DNA of 26,320 nt, taken from positions 1-26,320 of the forward strand of contig CALAHL010000536.1 in NCBI GenBank assembly GCA_937891725.1, given 5' to 3'. The translations under genes and the position numbers were made by a program. The notes under the pieces were generated by a model. It made no database searches and had not been told where the DNA came from. It was given only the letters and a program-made list of their open reading frames with translations. This stretch comes from an uncultured Rhodospirillaceae bacterium (GTDB taxonomy: Bacteria > Pseudomonadota > Alphaproteobacteria > Thalassobaculales > Thalassobaculaceae). Below, piece by piece: positions 15,790 through 24,578 of this stretch (position 1 is its first letter; every line of letters starts with the position of its first letter).

Positions 15790-17037
15790 CTAGTTCGACG
15801 GGGTCCTGGGATCGACGCCGTTCGGCAGCAGGATCCAGTAGCGGCCCTTGGCCGCCATCGGTCCGGCCAGCCGCTCTGCTGGCGCACCTGCCCCCCAGAA
15901 CATATCGGCCCGGACAGCTCCCCGGATCGCACCACCGGTATCCTGGGCAATGACCAGCCGGTTCAGCGGTGCCCCGCTCTCGTCGGCATAATCCACATCG
16001 ACCATCATCGGCGCGCCCAAAGGCAGAAACCGCCGGTCGATCGCCAGGCTGCGGCCGGGCGTCAGGGCCACCGACTGCGCGCCGATCGGGCCGTCGCCGG
16101 TCAGCTCCCGGAAAAAGATGTAGGACGGGTTCTTGTGCATCAGCTCCCGCATCCGGTCCGGATTCTGTGCCATCCAGCTTCGGATCGCCTGCAGCGACAT
16201 GTCCTCGCGCTTCACCTCACCCCACTCGATCAGGGTGCGGCCGACCGCGTGATAGATATGACCGTTATGCCCGTCATAGCCGACCCGGGTCAGGCTTCCG
16301 TCCGGCAGTTTGACCAGACCCGAACCCTGGATGTGCAGGAAGAATGCGTCGACCGGGCTGTCGAGCCAGACAATCGGCTTGGTCGTGCCTTTAAGAGAGC
16401 CGCCGTCGATCTCCGCCCGGCTGTCATAGGGTTTCAGCCGCCCATCGACCACCCGTCCGGCAATCCGCTCGCCCCGCATGGTGTCGCGCCAATTGCCCAG
16501 ATCCACCAGGATCAGGTCCTTCGGGCGCGGGTACAGCGGCTCGATATAGGTCTCGGAGCGGGTCCTTGCGCCGTTCAGTTCCGGCTCGTAGTAGCCGGTG
16601 AACAGATCGTCGGAGGGATCGTCGTCGGTGATCGCCCAAGGGGTCAGGGCCGCGGCAAAGGCCGCACGGATCGCGTCCGCACCCTGGGCTCCGGCGACCG
16701 CCGCACAGACCGGCTTCCAGGCGCCAACGGTGCCGTAGCGGCCGTCCGGGCCTATCTGGGTGTCGTCAGTCTGTCGGGCAAACCGGTCGCAGGACCGTTT
16801 GAAGGCGCGCGCCGCACCGGTCGGATCATCGGAGGACCAGCCGGGCAGGTCGGCATATTGCGTCTTCGTGAAGGTGATGACGGGAGGCGCGTCGGTGGCT
16901 TTTTCCCCATCCGGCTCACCCGGCGGCGCGCAGCCGACCAGAACCGCCAGCCCGCAGACCAGCCCGAGGCTCAGAAAGCCGCGCACAAGGCCGCCGGTCG
17001 GCAGGGTGGTGTCGAGGTCAGGCGTCGTCGGGGACAC
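15790..17037 (-). CDS. mltA: Membrane-bound lytic murein transglycosylase A
   Basis: Lipobox LVGC, FTGYYEPEL, DAFFLHIQGSG, YDGHNGHIY, NPSYIFFR, RSLAID, IAQDTGGAIRGAVRADMFWG (3D domain). Confidence 0.95.
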   Translation of the reverse strand: MSPTTPDLDTTLPTGGLVRGFLSLGLVCGLAVLVGCAPPGEPDGEKATDAPPVITFTKTQYADLPGWSSDDPTGAARAFKRSCDRFARQTDDTQIGPDGRYGTVGAWKPVCAAVAGAQGADAIRAAFAAALTPWAITDDDPSDDLFTGYYEPELNGARTRSETYIEPLYPRPKDLILVDLGNWRDTMRGERIAGRVVDGRLKPYDSRAEIDGGSLKGTTKPIVWLDSPVDAFFLHIQGSGLVKLPDGSLTRVGYDGHNGHIYHAVGRTLIEWGEVKREDMSLQAIRSWMAQNPDRMRELMHKNPSYIFFRELTGDGPIGAQSVALTPGRSLAIDRRFLPLGAPMMVDVDYADESGAPLNRLVIAQDTGGAIRGAVRADMFWGAGAPAERLAGPMAAKGRYWILLPNGVDPRTPSN

Positions 17038-17737
17038 GTGTCGCCACCAAAGCCCAGTTCGGATCGCGCGAGCTTACATCCCGCTCAAACGTCCACAGAT
17101 CGGTCAGGGTCTCGATCCGATCCGGATGTCCGTCAACCACGTTGCCGTCGACGTCCCGGGTGACCTTGACCTGGTCGGTGACGAATTCGACGGTGACCTT
17201 GGCGATGCTGCCGATCAGCGAGGCTTCGACGATATCGGAGGACCGGATGGTGACGATGTTGGTCTCCTGGGTCTCCCGCTCCTTCTCGCGTTCATAGATC
17301 GCGGTCACGAAACTGCGGTGAAGATCCTCGGTCAGCAGCGGCTTCAGGGCGTCACGATCGCCAGCGGCAAAAGCCTGGACGATCATCTCGAACGCACCGC
17401 GCGCACCGCGCAGGAACTCAACCTCATCGAAGGCGTCATCTGCCAGTTTGATCCGGGTGATGCCCGCCGGAAGCGTGTCGGCGTTCTGCATCAGCTCTTC
17501 GTCGGTCGCGGTATCGGCGGATGCGATTGCGCCGTCCCGATCCTTGCCAGGCAGCGAGATCACATTGTCGTCGTCCCGCGCGGCGGAATCCTGATCGTTC
17601 GCGGCAGGCGCTTCGGCAAATGGATCGCGCCGTTCCTCATGCCCGGTACGCTTGCCGAGCACGCTGCGCAGTCGAAACAGCACGAACGCCGCCAGCGCCG
17701 CGTATAACAGAATCTCGAAAAGGGAACTGTTGCTCAT
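17018..17737 (-). CDS. Tim44/TimA family putative membrane adaptor protein
   Basis: N-terminal TM + RLRSVLGKRTGHE, FLRGARGAFEMIVQAFAAGDR, DLWTFERD...DPNWALVAT. Confidence 0.92.
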   Translation of the reverse strand: MSNSSLFEILLYAALAAFVLFRLRSVLGKRTGHEERRDPFAEAPAANDQDSAARDDDNVISLPGKDRDGAIASADTATDEELMQNADTLPAGITRIKLADDAFDEVEFLRGARGAFEMIVQAFAAGDRDALKPLLTEDLHRSFVTAIYEREKERETQETNIVTIRSSDIVEASLIGSIAKVTVEFVTDQVKVTRDVDGNVVDGHPDRIETLTDLWTFERDVSSRDPNWALVATRVPDDA

Positions 17738-17950
17738 TCACTCACCCGAATAATCCGTGACGAGACGTCTTTGACCGTATGTCCGAAACCCGAACCGGGC
17801 AGACCCAAGTACGGGTTGCCCAGAGGTCGCAGTCGATCGGTTGCCTGGACCGTTCCCCACCACATGTCTAAGGTGACGGCCATCTGCGCCGTCGGGGCCA
17901 CTCCTTGGCCTCTGCCCTGTAGATAGGGCTTTGATCGTGGAAGGGCAAGA

Positions 17951-18505
17951 ATGGGTTTCCTTATCTTTATTTTGATTCTGTTCGGAATTCCGGCGCTCGA
18001 GATTTACGTGATGATCGAAGTCGGCTCCGAGATCGGGGGGTTGCAGACGGTTGGGCTGATCCTTCTGACCGCCGCGATGGGCGGTGTGCTGTTCCGGGTA
18101 CAGGGTCTGAGCACGCTGCGCCGGGTGCAGGCGCATCTCGATGCCAAGGAAATGCCGGTCGGCGATCTGCTCTCTGGCGTGGGCATTCTGCTGGCCGCCC
18201 TGCTGCTGTTCATCCCGGGTTTCGTGACCGACACCCTTGGATTCCTGCTGTTCATTCCGCCGCTGCGCAAGGTTCTGATGATCAGCCTGCTGGCGCAGGC
18301 CATGAAGGGCGGCACCCGCTTCAATGTCCGCGGGTTCGGCGGACGCGGCGGCCCGCAGCCGGGCGGCATGCGGCGTGGCCCGGACGGCAAGCCGGTCATC
18401 GACGGGGATTTCGAGGATCTGACCGACGAGCCGAACCCGCGGCACCCCGACGGTTCGGCCGAACCGTCGCTGCCCCCCTCCGACACCGACATCAGAAAGC
18501 CCTAG
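17951..18505 (+). CDS. fxsA: FxsA family membrane protein
   Basis: IPALEIYVMIEVG, LFRVQG, LLLFIPGFVTDTLGFLLFIPPLR, VIDGDF. Confidence 0.93.
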   Translation: MGFLIFILILFGIPALEIYVMIEVGSEIGGLQTVGLILLTAAMGGVLFRVQGLSTLRRVQAHLDAKEMPVGDLLSGVGILLAALLLFIPGFVTDTLGFLLFIPPLRKVLMISLLAQAMKGGTRFNVRGFGGRGGPQPGGMRRGPDGKPVIDGDFEDLTDEPNPRHPDGSAEPSLPPSDTDIRKP

Positions 18506-18537
18506 GCCCGGGCACAAACTCACGGGACACAACTCAC

Positions 18538-19095
18538 ATGTACGTGCTGCGCCATGGGCAGAGCGAATTCAACGTGCGGTTTTCGCAAAACCGCGTGGAT
18601 CCCGGCATCGAGGACCCTCGCCTCACCGATCTGGGCCACCGCCAGGCCGCCGAGGCCGCCGAGATTCTCGCCCAGCACCCGATCACCCGGATCGTCGCCA
18701 GCCCGTATACAAGGGCCCTGCAGACCGCGACGCCGCTCGCGAAGAAACTGGGACTGCCGATCGAGATCGATCCGCTGATCCGCGAACGGGCGCATTTTCA
18801 TTGCGATATTGGAACGTCCACACGCGATCTGCGGCTCGCCTGGCCGGGGATCGACTTCGGTGATCTGCCGGACAGGTGGTGGCCGACGGGCAGCGAGAGC
18901 GACGCGCAACTACAGGCCCGCTGTGCCGCGTTCGCCCTACGGCTCGACCGGGCAACCGACTGGGGCGAAGTGGTCTATGTCAGCCATTGGGCCTTTATCC
19001 GGGGCCTCACCGGCCTGACCGTGGCCAACGGCACGGTAGTTGAGCTGACGCCAGGGATACGGGCGACGGTTGTTCATTCGCCCGAGACGTGTTAG
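18538..19095 (+). CDS. Histidine phosphatase family protein (phosphoglycerate mutase-like)
   Basis: VLRHGQSEFN, DPRLTDLGHRQA, IVASPYTRALQTA, LIRE, VSHWAFIR. Confidence 0.9.
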   Translation: MYVLRHGQSEFNVRFSQNRVDPGIEDPRLTDLGHRQAAEAAEILAQHPITRIVASPYTRALQTATPLAKKLGLPIEIDPLIRERAHFHCDIGTSTRDLRLAWPGIDFGDLPDRWWPTGSESDAQLQARCAAFALRLDRATDWGEVVYVSHWAFIRGLTGLTVANGTVVELTPGIRATVVHSPETC

Positions 19096-19194
19096 CCGAC
19101 CTTCAGATTTCCATACCGCCGGATACCCGTTTCGACGACCTTATCCGCGAGATTGCCCGAGCACGGGCACATATAAGAACCGAGAGAGCCGATC

Positions 19195-19707
19195 ATGAGC
19201 GACACGACCACCACACCTGCAGCAGCTGCGGATCCGACTGCCATCCAGATCCAGATCAACGCCCAGTACACCAAGGACTTCTCGTTCGAGAACCCGAACG
19301 CGCCGGCCAGCCTGCAGCCCAAGGAGCAGCAGCCGAACATCGCCGTCAATGTCGATGTCAGCGCCAGCCGGGTTGCTGAGAGCGATCTCTACGAGGTGGT
19401 GCTGAAGATCGACGCCGACGCCAAGCGGGACACCGAGCAGCTGTTCCTGGCGGAACTGACCTATGCCGGTCTGTTCACCATCAAGAACGTGCCCCAGGAA
19501 CAGGTCACCCCGCTGCTGCTGATCGAGTGCCCGCGCCTGCTGTTCCCGTTCGCGCGGAACATCATGGCGGAATCGACCCGGGATGGCGGTTTCCCGCCGC
19601 TGCTGATTCAGCCGGTGGATTTCGCGGCAATGTTCCGGCAGTCCGCCGCCAACCAGGCCGCCGCCGCAAGCTCCGGCCCGGCAGCCGTGGTTCCGCCGGA
19701 AGACTGA
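19195..19707 (+). CDS. secB: Protein-export chaperone SecB
   Basis: AQYTKDFSFENPNAP, YEVVLKI, FLAELTYAGLF, LIECPRLLFPFAR, GGFPPLLIQPVDFAAMF. Confidence 0.97.
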   Translation: MSDTTTTPAAAADPTAIQIQINAQYTKDFSFENPNAPASLQPKEQQPNIAVNVDVSASRVAESDLYEVVLKIDADAKRDTEQLFLAELTYAGLFTIKNVPQEQVTPLLLIECPRLLFPFARNIMAESTRDGGFPPLLIQPVDFAAMFRQSAANQAAAASSGPAAVVPPED

Positions 19708-19740
19708 TCCGGTCTAACGCAGTCTAGCTTGACGGGCCAA

Positions 19741-20442
19741 TCAGGTATTCCAGATCGGCTCCTGCAGCTTTTCGAGAAACGCCGCATGCGCCGCCAATTC
19801 CTCGGGACTGGCGACGTGTGCCCGTGGCGGTCGAACCCCCTGCACACGGGACCCCGCCACCGCCGCCTCTTCCGCCGCCCGCCGCTCGGTGTCGGCAGAC
19901 CCGCTCGGGCCGCCCATCTCCAGCCCCGGCTGCCGGCCGCCTATCAGCTCCAGATAAACCTCTGCCAGCAGTTCGGAGTCCAGCAGCGCCCCGTGCAGGG
20001 TGCGGTGCTCGTTGTTGATCTCGAAACGGCGGCAAAGCGCGTCCAGGCTGACTTGCGCGCCGGGATATTTCCGCCGCGCAAGCCGCACGGTATCCAGTGC
20101 CTGGCTCATCGGCAGAGGCGGGCGCCCGCACGCTTCCAGTTCGAAGTTCAGGAACTTCATGTCGAAGCTGGCATTGTGGATGATCAGCGTCGAGTCCCCG
20201 AGGAAGTTCAGGATTTCGTCCGCGTGGTCGCGGAACGGCTTGTATTTCGCCAGGAACTCGGTCGACAGACCGTGGATCTCGAACGCGCCGGGATCCATCT
20301 CCCGCTCGGGATTGATGTAAAGATGCAGTTTTCCGCCGGTGGGGATGTGATTGATCAGCTCGAGGCAGCCGATTTCGACCAGTTTGTGACCCGCCTTGGG
20401 GTCGAGGCCCGTCGTCTCCGTGTCGAGGACGATTTCACGCAT
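19741..20442 (-). CDS. dnaQ: DNA polymerase III epsilon subunit (3'-5' exonuclease)
   Basis: REIVLDTETTGL (ExoI), IIHNASFD (ExoII), HGALLDSELLAEVY (ExoIII). GGGAG SD. Confidence 0.97.
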   Translation of the reverse strand: MREIVLDTETTGLDPKAGHKLVEIGCLELINHIPTGGKLHLYINPEREMDPGAFEIHGLSTEFLAKYKPFRDHADEILNFLGDSTLIIHNASFDMKFLNFELEACGRPPLPMSQALDTVRLARRKYPGAQVSLDALCRRFEINNEHRTLHGALLDSELLAEVYLELIGGRQPGLEMGGPSGSADTERRAAEEAAVAGSRVQGVRPPRAHVASPEELAAHAAFLEKLQEPIWNT

Positions 20443-21041
20443 GCAGTGCTCCCTTCGCGGCGCAGTCGATGGATCAAGCGGTCCAGACGGCGCTGGGTGA
20501 ACGCCCGACCCAGCCCGGTTGGGACAACCACATCGGCCCGCGCGCGCTTGTCCCGATCCGGCATCTGTTTCGACAGAATAGAGTCGAGTGTCGCCGCCGT
20601 CATCCCGGGTCGCGCCAAAACCCGCAGGCGCTGAAGAAACGCGGGCGCACTGACCACCGCCACCAGATCACAGCGCAGGTGCGAGCGCCCTTCCAGCAGC
20701 AGAGGGACATCCAACACCACGATGGGGGTGCGACGCCGCCGGTGCGTGCTCAGAAACGCCAGGGTTTTAGCCGTCACCAGCGGGTGCAGAAGTCCCTCGA
20801 GCCGCGTCAATGCGGCGGGATCTCCGAAAACCCGACGTCCCAGTGCGCGTCGGTCCACCGCGCCATCCTTGGTCACTCCCGAAAACGCCGCCTCGACAGC
20901 GTCCACCGCCGCCCCGCCCGCCGTCATCAACGCATGCACGGCCGCATCGGCGTCATGAACCGGGATCCCCATCCGCCTCAGCATCGCGGCGGCGGTTGAT
21001 TTCCCCATTCCGATGGAACCGGTCAGACCGAGGACGATCAT
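20355..21041 (-). CDS. coaE: Dephospho-CoA kinase, stop codon 88 nt inside dnaQ
   Basis: LGLTGSIGMGKST P-loop, DADAAVH, DRRALGRRVF, LEGLLHPLV, LDVPLLLE, QMPDRDKRARAD. Confidence 0.95.
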   Translation of the reverse strand: MIVLGLTGSIGMGKSTAAAMLRRMGIPVHDADAAVHALMTAGGAAVDAVEAAFSGVTKDGAVDRRALGRRVFGDPAALTRLEGLLHPLVTAKTLAFLSTHRRRRTPIVVLDVPLLLEGRSHLRCDLVAVVSAPAFLQRLRVLARPGMTAATLDSILSKQMPDRDKRARADVVVPTGLGRAFTQRRLDRLIHRLRREGSTACVKSSSTRRRRASTPRRVTNWSKSAASS

Positions 21042-21688
21042 CGCATCAGCAGCCCGTGGGTCCGGATGAACTCGAGCAGGGGCAGCAGCGGCAGGCCGAG
21101 GACCGTGAAATAATCCCCCTCGACCGCGTGAAACAGCTGCGCGCCAAGTCCCTCAAGCTGGTAGGCTCCGACCGATTCCTGCACCTCGGGTCCGACGGCG
21201 TCCAGATAGGCTGCGATATACTCCGGTGTCAGGTGCCGCATCTTCATGGTCACCGCTTGCGTGCTGTGCCAGATCCGGGAGCCGCCCTTGGCCACGACCA
21301 CCGCCGAGATCAGCTGGTGGGTGCGGCCGGACAGGGCCTGCAGGGTCGCCGCGGCATGATCCCGATCGACCGGCTTCTCGAACCAGATTCCGTTGCATTC
21401 CAACATCTGATCGGCCCCGATCACAAAGGCCTCCGGTCGTTTGCGCGAGACCGACAGCGCCTTCAGCTCCGCCAGTGCGATCGCCACCTCCTCAGCGGTC
21501 GCACCCTCGGCGCGCAGACTGTCCCGAACCGACGCCTCGTCCACCCCGGCGGTCTTGATCTCGATCTCGACCCCGGCCGCGCGCAGCATCTCGGCCCGGA
21601 ACCGGCTGCCGGACGCCAGAACGATCGGCAGATCGCTGGGTCCACGCAAACCGGGCGCTTTCAGGCTGCCCCCTTTCAGATCAGACAT
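21038..21688 (-). CDS. maf: Maf family nucleoside triphosphate pyrophosphatase (YceF-like signature)
   Basis: IVLASGSRFR, VDE, LAELKA, IGADQ, FEKP, LSGRTHQL, GAYQLEG. The aromatic/Q/E signature points to the YceF (m7GTP) subtype (inference). Confidence 0.93.
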   Translation of the reverse strand: MSDLKGGSLKAPGLRGPSDLPIVLASGSRFRAEMLRAAGVEIEIKTAGVDEASVRDSLRAEGATAEEVAIALAELKALSVSRKRPEAFVIGADQMLECNGIWFEKPVDRDHAAATLQALSGRTHQLISAVVVAKGGSRIWHSTQAVTMKMRHLTPEYIAAYLDAVGPEVQESVGAYQLEGLGAQLFHAVEGDYFTVLGLPLLPLLEFIRTHGLLMR

Positions 21689-22508
21689 TCCCTTCTCTCC
21701 GGGTTTCCAGCAGTTGCAGCACGGCCGCCGACGTCTCCTCGATCGACCGGCGGGTCACGTCGATCACCGGCCAGCCGTGTTGGGCGGCAAGCCGACGGGC
21801 GTCCGCCACCTCCTTACGCACCCGATCGAGGGTGACGTAATCGGTCTCTTCAGTCTGCTTGAGCATCAGCACCCGGTTCCGCCGGACCTGGATCAGTCGG
21901 TTCGGGTCGGTGGTGAAGGCAACCACCAGCGGATGGGTTAGCTTGAACACCTCCGGCGGTGGCGGAATGTCCGGGACCAGCGGAACATTCCCGGTCTTGA
22001 AGCCGCGATTGGCGAGATACAGCGAGGTCGGGGTTTTCGAGGTCCGGGAGACGCCGACGATCACGATGTCGGCTTCCTCCAAACTTTCCACGTGCTGACC
22101 GTCATCATGGGCCAGCGTATAATCCATCGCCTCGATCCGATTGAAATAGGCCGCATCCAATTCGTGCTGTCGACCGATCCGGCCATGCCGTTCGATCCCC
22201 AGATAGGACCCGAGCGCCGCCAGGACCGGGTCGAGCACCGGAATGCAGGGTACCTCCATCCGGCGACACGCCTCTTCCAGGTTTACCCGAAGCGTCGCGT
22301 CCACCAAGGTAAACAGGACCGGGCCCGGATTGGCCTCGATCCCGGCGATCACCTTGTTGAGATAGCTCTGGGTCCGAACCAGCGACCACACATGTTCCTT
22401 GGCGCGCACCGCATCGAACTGCACCATACAGGCGCGCACGAGCTGGTGATTGGTCTCACCGGTCGCGTCGGAGATCAGATGCAGATGCAGGGTTACCGGA
22501 GCCGTCAT
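21681..22508 (-). CDS. ppsR: Pyruvate, phosphate dikinase / PEP synthase regulatory kinase-pyrophosphorylase (DUF299)
   Basis: LHLISDATGET, YFNRIEAMDYTLAHDDG, ADIVIVGVSRTSKTPTSLYLANRG, GWPVIDVTRRSIEETSA. Confidence 0.95.
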   Translation of the reverse strand: MTAPVTLHLHLISDATGETNHQLVRACMVQFDAVRAKEHVWSLVRTQSYLNKVIAGIEANPGPVLFTLVDATLRVNLEEACRRMEVPCIPVLDPVLAALGSYLGIERHGRIGRQHELDAAYFNRIEAMDYTLAHDDGQHVESLEEADIVIVGVSRTSKTPTSLYLANRGFKTGNVPLVPDIPPPPEVFKLTHPLVVAFTTDPNRLIQVRRNRVLMLKQTEETDYVTLDRVRKEVADARRLAAQHGWPVIDVTRRSIEETSAAVLQLLETRREGNV

Positions 22509-22517
22509 TTATCCACC
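22509..22517 (+). promoter_or_regulatory. DnaA box (8/9 match)
   Basis: TTATCCACC versus TTATCCACA, abutting the ppsR start codon. Confidence 0.7.
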
Positions 22518-22862
22518 GCAGGCTGGGGATGAAGTCTGAGGATTTCGGGATAACAGACCCCTCTCGTCCTGTCGCGATTTTCCATGCACGGAGCGCGTAT
22601 TCCCGACCGGTCGAATATCAGAATGTGGAGCGATTGATTGGGAGATCCTGAATCCCGGGGATGAAACATATCCTGGTGAGATATCCCCGATTCTCTTCCG
22701 TGTCCGCACTCCGCTCGGCACCCTGCTGCACCAAGGCGTCGAAAGAGATATCCAGAGAGTTCTGCAGCGCCAGGACCTGGGGACGAGGTGGCTGGGGATA
22801 TCCGGACAGGATGGGGGAGCGAATTTAATCCCCCGGATTCCACCCCCCAACTACATCTCCTC

Positions 22863-22884
22863 TATATATTTAATATTTAAATAA
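22863..22884. other. AT-rich candidate DNA unwinding element
   Basis: TATATATTTAATATTTAAATAA: 22 consecutive A/T bases in a high-GC genome. Confidence 0.7.
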
Positions 22885-22917
22885 GTTAGTTATGGTTGGA
22901 TAGATGGAGGACAAGAC

Positions 22918-23946
22918 ATGACAGGATTCCCGCTTCTCGATGCGCTCGCGGGCAAAACCAGTGACCGACCCCCGCTCTGGCTGATGCGCCAGGCCGGCCG
23001 GTATTTGCCCGAATATCGCGAAGTGCGCGCAGGAGCCGGAACCTTCGTCGATCTGTGTCTCAATCCCGAACTGGCTGCCGAGGTCACGGTTCAGCCGATC
23101 CGCCGCTACGGCATGGATGGGGCGATCCTGTTCTCCGATATTCTGATGGTGCCCTACGGTCTGGGCCAGGATCTCAGGTTCGCCGAAGGGGAAGGCCCGA
23201 AGCTGCCGCCGATCCGCACCATGGATCAGGTCCCGGTGTTCGACGCCGATGCGTTCCACAAGCGGGTCGGCCCGATCTACGAGACCGTGTCCCGGACCCG
23301 CGCGATGCTGCCGAAGGGGGTGACCATGATCGGGTTCGCCGGCAGCCCCTGGACGGTGGCCTCCTACATGGTCGAAGGCGGCACCAGCCGCGACTTCTCC
23401 ACCCTGAAGAAAATGGCGTTTCGGGACCCGGCGCTGATCGAGGCGCTGGTCGACGGGATCGTGGACGCCACGGTGGCCTATCTCGACCGGCAGATCCAGG
23501 CCGGTGCGCAGGTCGTCAAACTGTTCGACAGCTGGGCCGGCGCCGCACCAGAGACCCTGTTCGATCGCCTGGTGATCGCGCCGACCATCCGGATCGTCGC
23601 CGGTGTGAAGGCCCTGCATCCCAATACCCCGATCATCGGGTTTCCGCGCGGTGCCGGCACCCGCTATCTGGAATACGCCCAGGCCACCAAGATCGATGCG
23701 GTCGCCACCGACAGCGCGACCCCGATCGCGGTGGTGAAGCAGCTGCAACAGCATCTGCCGGTGCAGGGCAATCTGGATCCGATGGCGCTGGTGATCGGCG
23801 GGGCGGCGCTGGATTCTGAAATCGATCGGATCGTGGCTCTGCTGAAAGACGGCCCGTTCATTTTCAACCTGGGCCATGGGATCGTGCCGGAAACCCCGCT
23901 CGATCACGTCGAGCGGCTGGTCAAACGGGTTCGCGGCGAGGTCTGA
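22918..23946 (+). CDS. hemE: Uroporphyrinogen decarboxylase
   Basis: PLWLMRQAGRYLPEYR, EVTVQPIRRYGMDGAILFSDIL, IGFAGSPWTVASYMVEG, QGNLDP, FIFNLGHGI. GGAGG SD. Confidence 0.98.
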   Translation: MTGFPLLDALAGKTSDRPPLWLMRQAGRYLPEYREVRAGAGTFVDLCLNPELAAEVTVQPIRRYGMDGAILFSDILMVPYGLGQDLRFAEGEGPKLPPIRTMDQVPVFDADAFHKRVGPIYETVSRTRAMLPKGVTMIGFAGSPWTVASYMVEGGTSRDFSTLKKMAFRDPALIEALVDGIVDATVAYLDRQIQAGAQVVKLFDSWAGAAPETLFDRLVIAPTIRIVAGVKALHPNTPIIGFPRGAGTRYLEYAQATKIDAVATDSATPIAVVKQLQQHLPVQGNLDPMALVIGGAALDSEIDRIVALLKDGPFIFNLGHGIVPETPLDHVERLVKRVRGEV

Positions 23947-23949
23947 GCG

Positions 23950-24381
23950 ATGGATTGGTACGGCATCGTCAAAGGGTTTCATGTGATCAGTGTGATCGCC
24001 TGGATGGCGGGCCTGCTCTATCTGCCGCGGCTGTTCGTCTACCACACCGGGGTCGAAGCCGGCTCCGAGACCTCCGAGACCTTCAAGATCATGGAGCGGC
24101 GGTTGCTGCGGGCGATCATGAACCCGGCGATGATCGCGACCTGGATCTTCGGGCTGACCCTGATCGTGCTCACGCCCGGATGGATGGAGCAGGGCTGGCT
24201 GCACGCCAAACTGCTGCTGGTGGTGCTGATGACGGTCGCTCACATGGCGATGGCGCGCTGGCGGCGGGCGTTCGCGGAGGACCGGAACACCCACACCCAC
24301 AAATATTTCCGGGTGATGAACGAGGTTCCGACCCTGATGATGGTGGTGATCGTTTTCCTGGTGATTCTGAAACCATTCTGA
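23950..24381 (+). CDS. hemJ: Protoporphyrinogen IX oxidase HemJ
   Basis: KGFHVISVIAWMAGLLYLPRLFVYH, MERRLLRAIMNPAM, WLHAKL, MNEVPT. Confidence 0.96.
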   Translation: MDWYGIVKGFHVISVIAWMAGLLYLPRLFVYHTGVEAGSETSETFKIMERRLLRAIMNPAMIATWIFGLTLIVLTPGWMEQGWLHAKLLLVVLMTVAHMAMARWRRAFAEDRNTHTHKYFRVMNEVPTLMMVVIVFLVILKPF

Positions 24382-24412
24382 CGAATAATCGGGATTCAGG
24401 ATCGTTATCCGG

Positions 24413-24441
24413 TTGACAGGTTTAAACGGTTCCGGTAACCG
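24413..24441 (+). promoter_or_regulatory. Candidate sigma70 promoter of rho
   Basis: Perfect -35 TTGACA (24413-24418), 17-bp spacer, TAACCG -10 (TA kept; T-7 absent, as is common in alphaproteobacteria). Confidence 0.55.
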
Positions 24442-24578
24442 CTTGTCATGGTCTCGATGAGCGGGACCGCACCTCCCCCAGGAACACACGCGCATTTCAG
24501 GTGGCCCGTCCACCAAGTCCGTACGCAAAGTACGACTCCCGACCCCGCCCGTTCCGCGCGCATGACACGAAAATCCGG

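Larger units (their letters stand above)
22509..22917. other. Predicted chromosomal replication origin (oriC)
   Basis: Gene-free gap between divergent ppsR and hemE, the known alphaproteobacterial ori position. It contains a DnaA-box-like TTATCCACC, GGGGAT/ATCCCC repeats, three GANTC sites (22650, 22689, 22836) and a 22-nt pure A/T tract. Gene orientation switches here and a parS/parAB cluster is nearby. Confidence 0.85.

Noticed and set aside
22505-22850. Two ~112-aa ORFs across the ppsR-hemE gap
   Set aside because: No recognisable motifs, they overlap each other antisense, and the region is better explained as oriC.
22870-22884. Possible CtrA site TTAA-N7-ATAA in the origin
   Set aside because: Imperfect and inside a pure A/T tract where such matches arise by chance.
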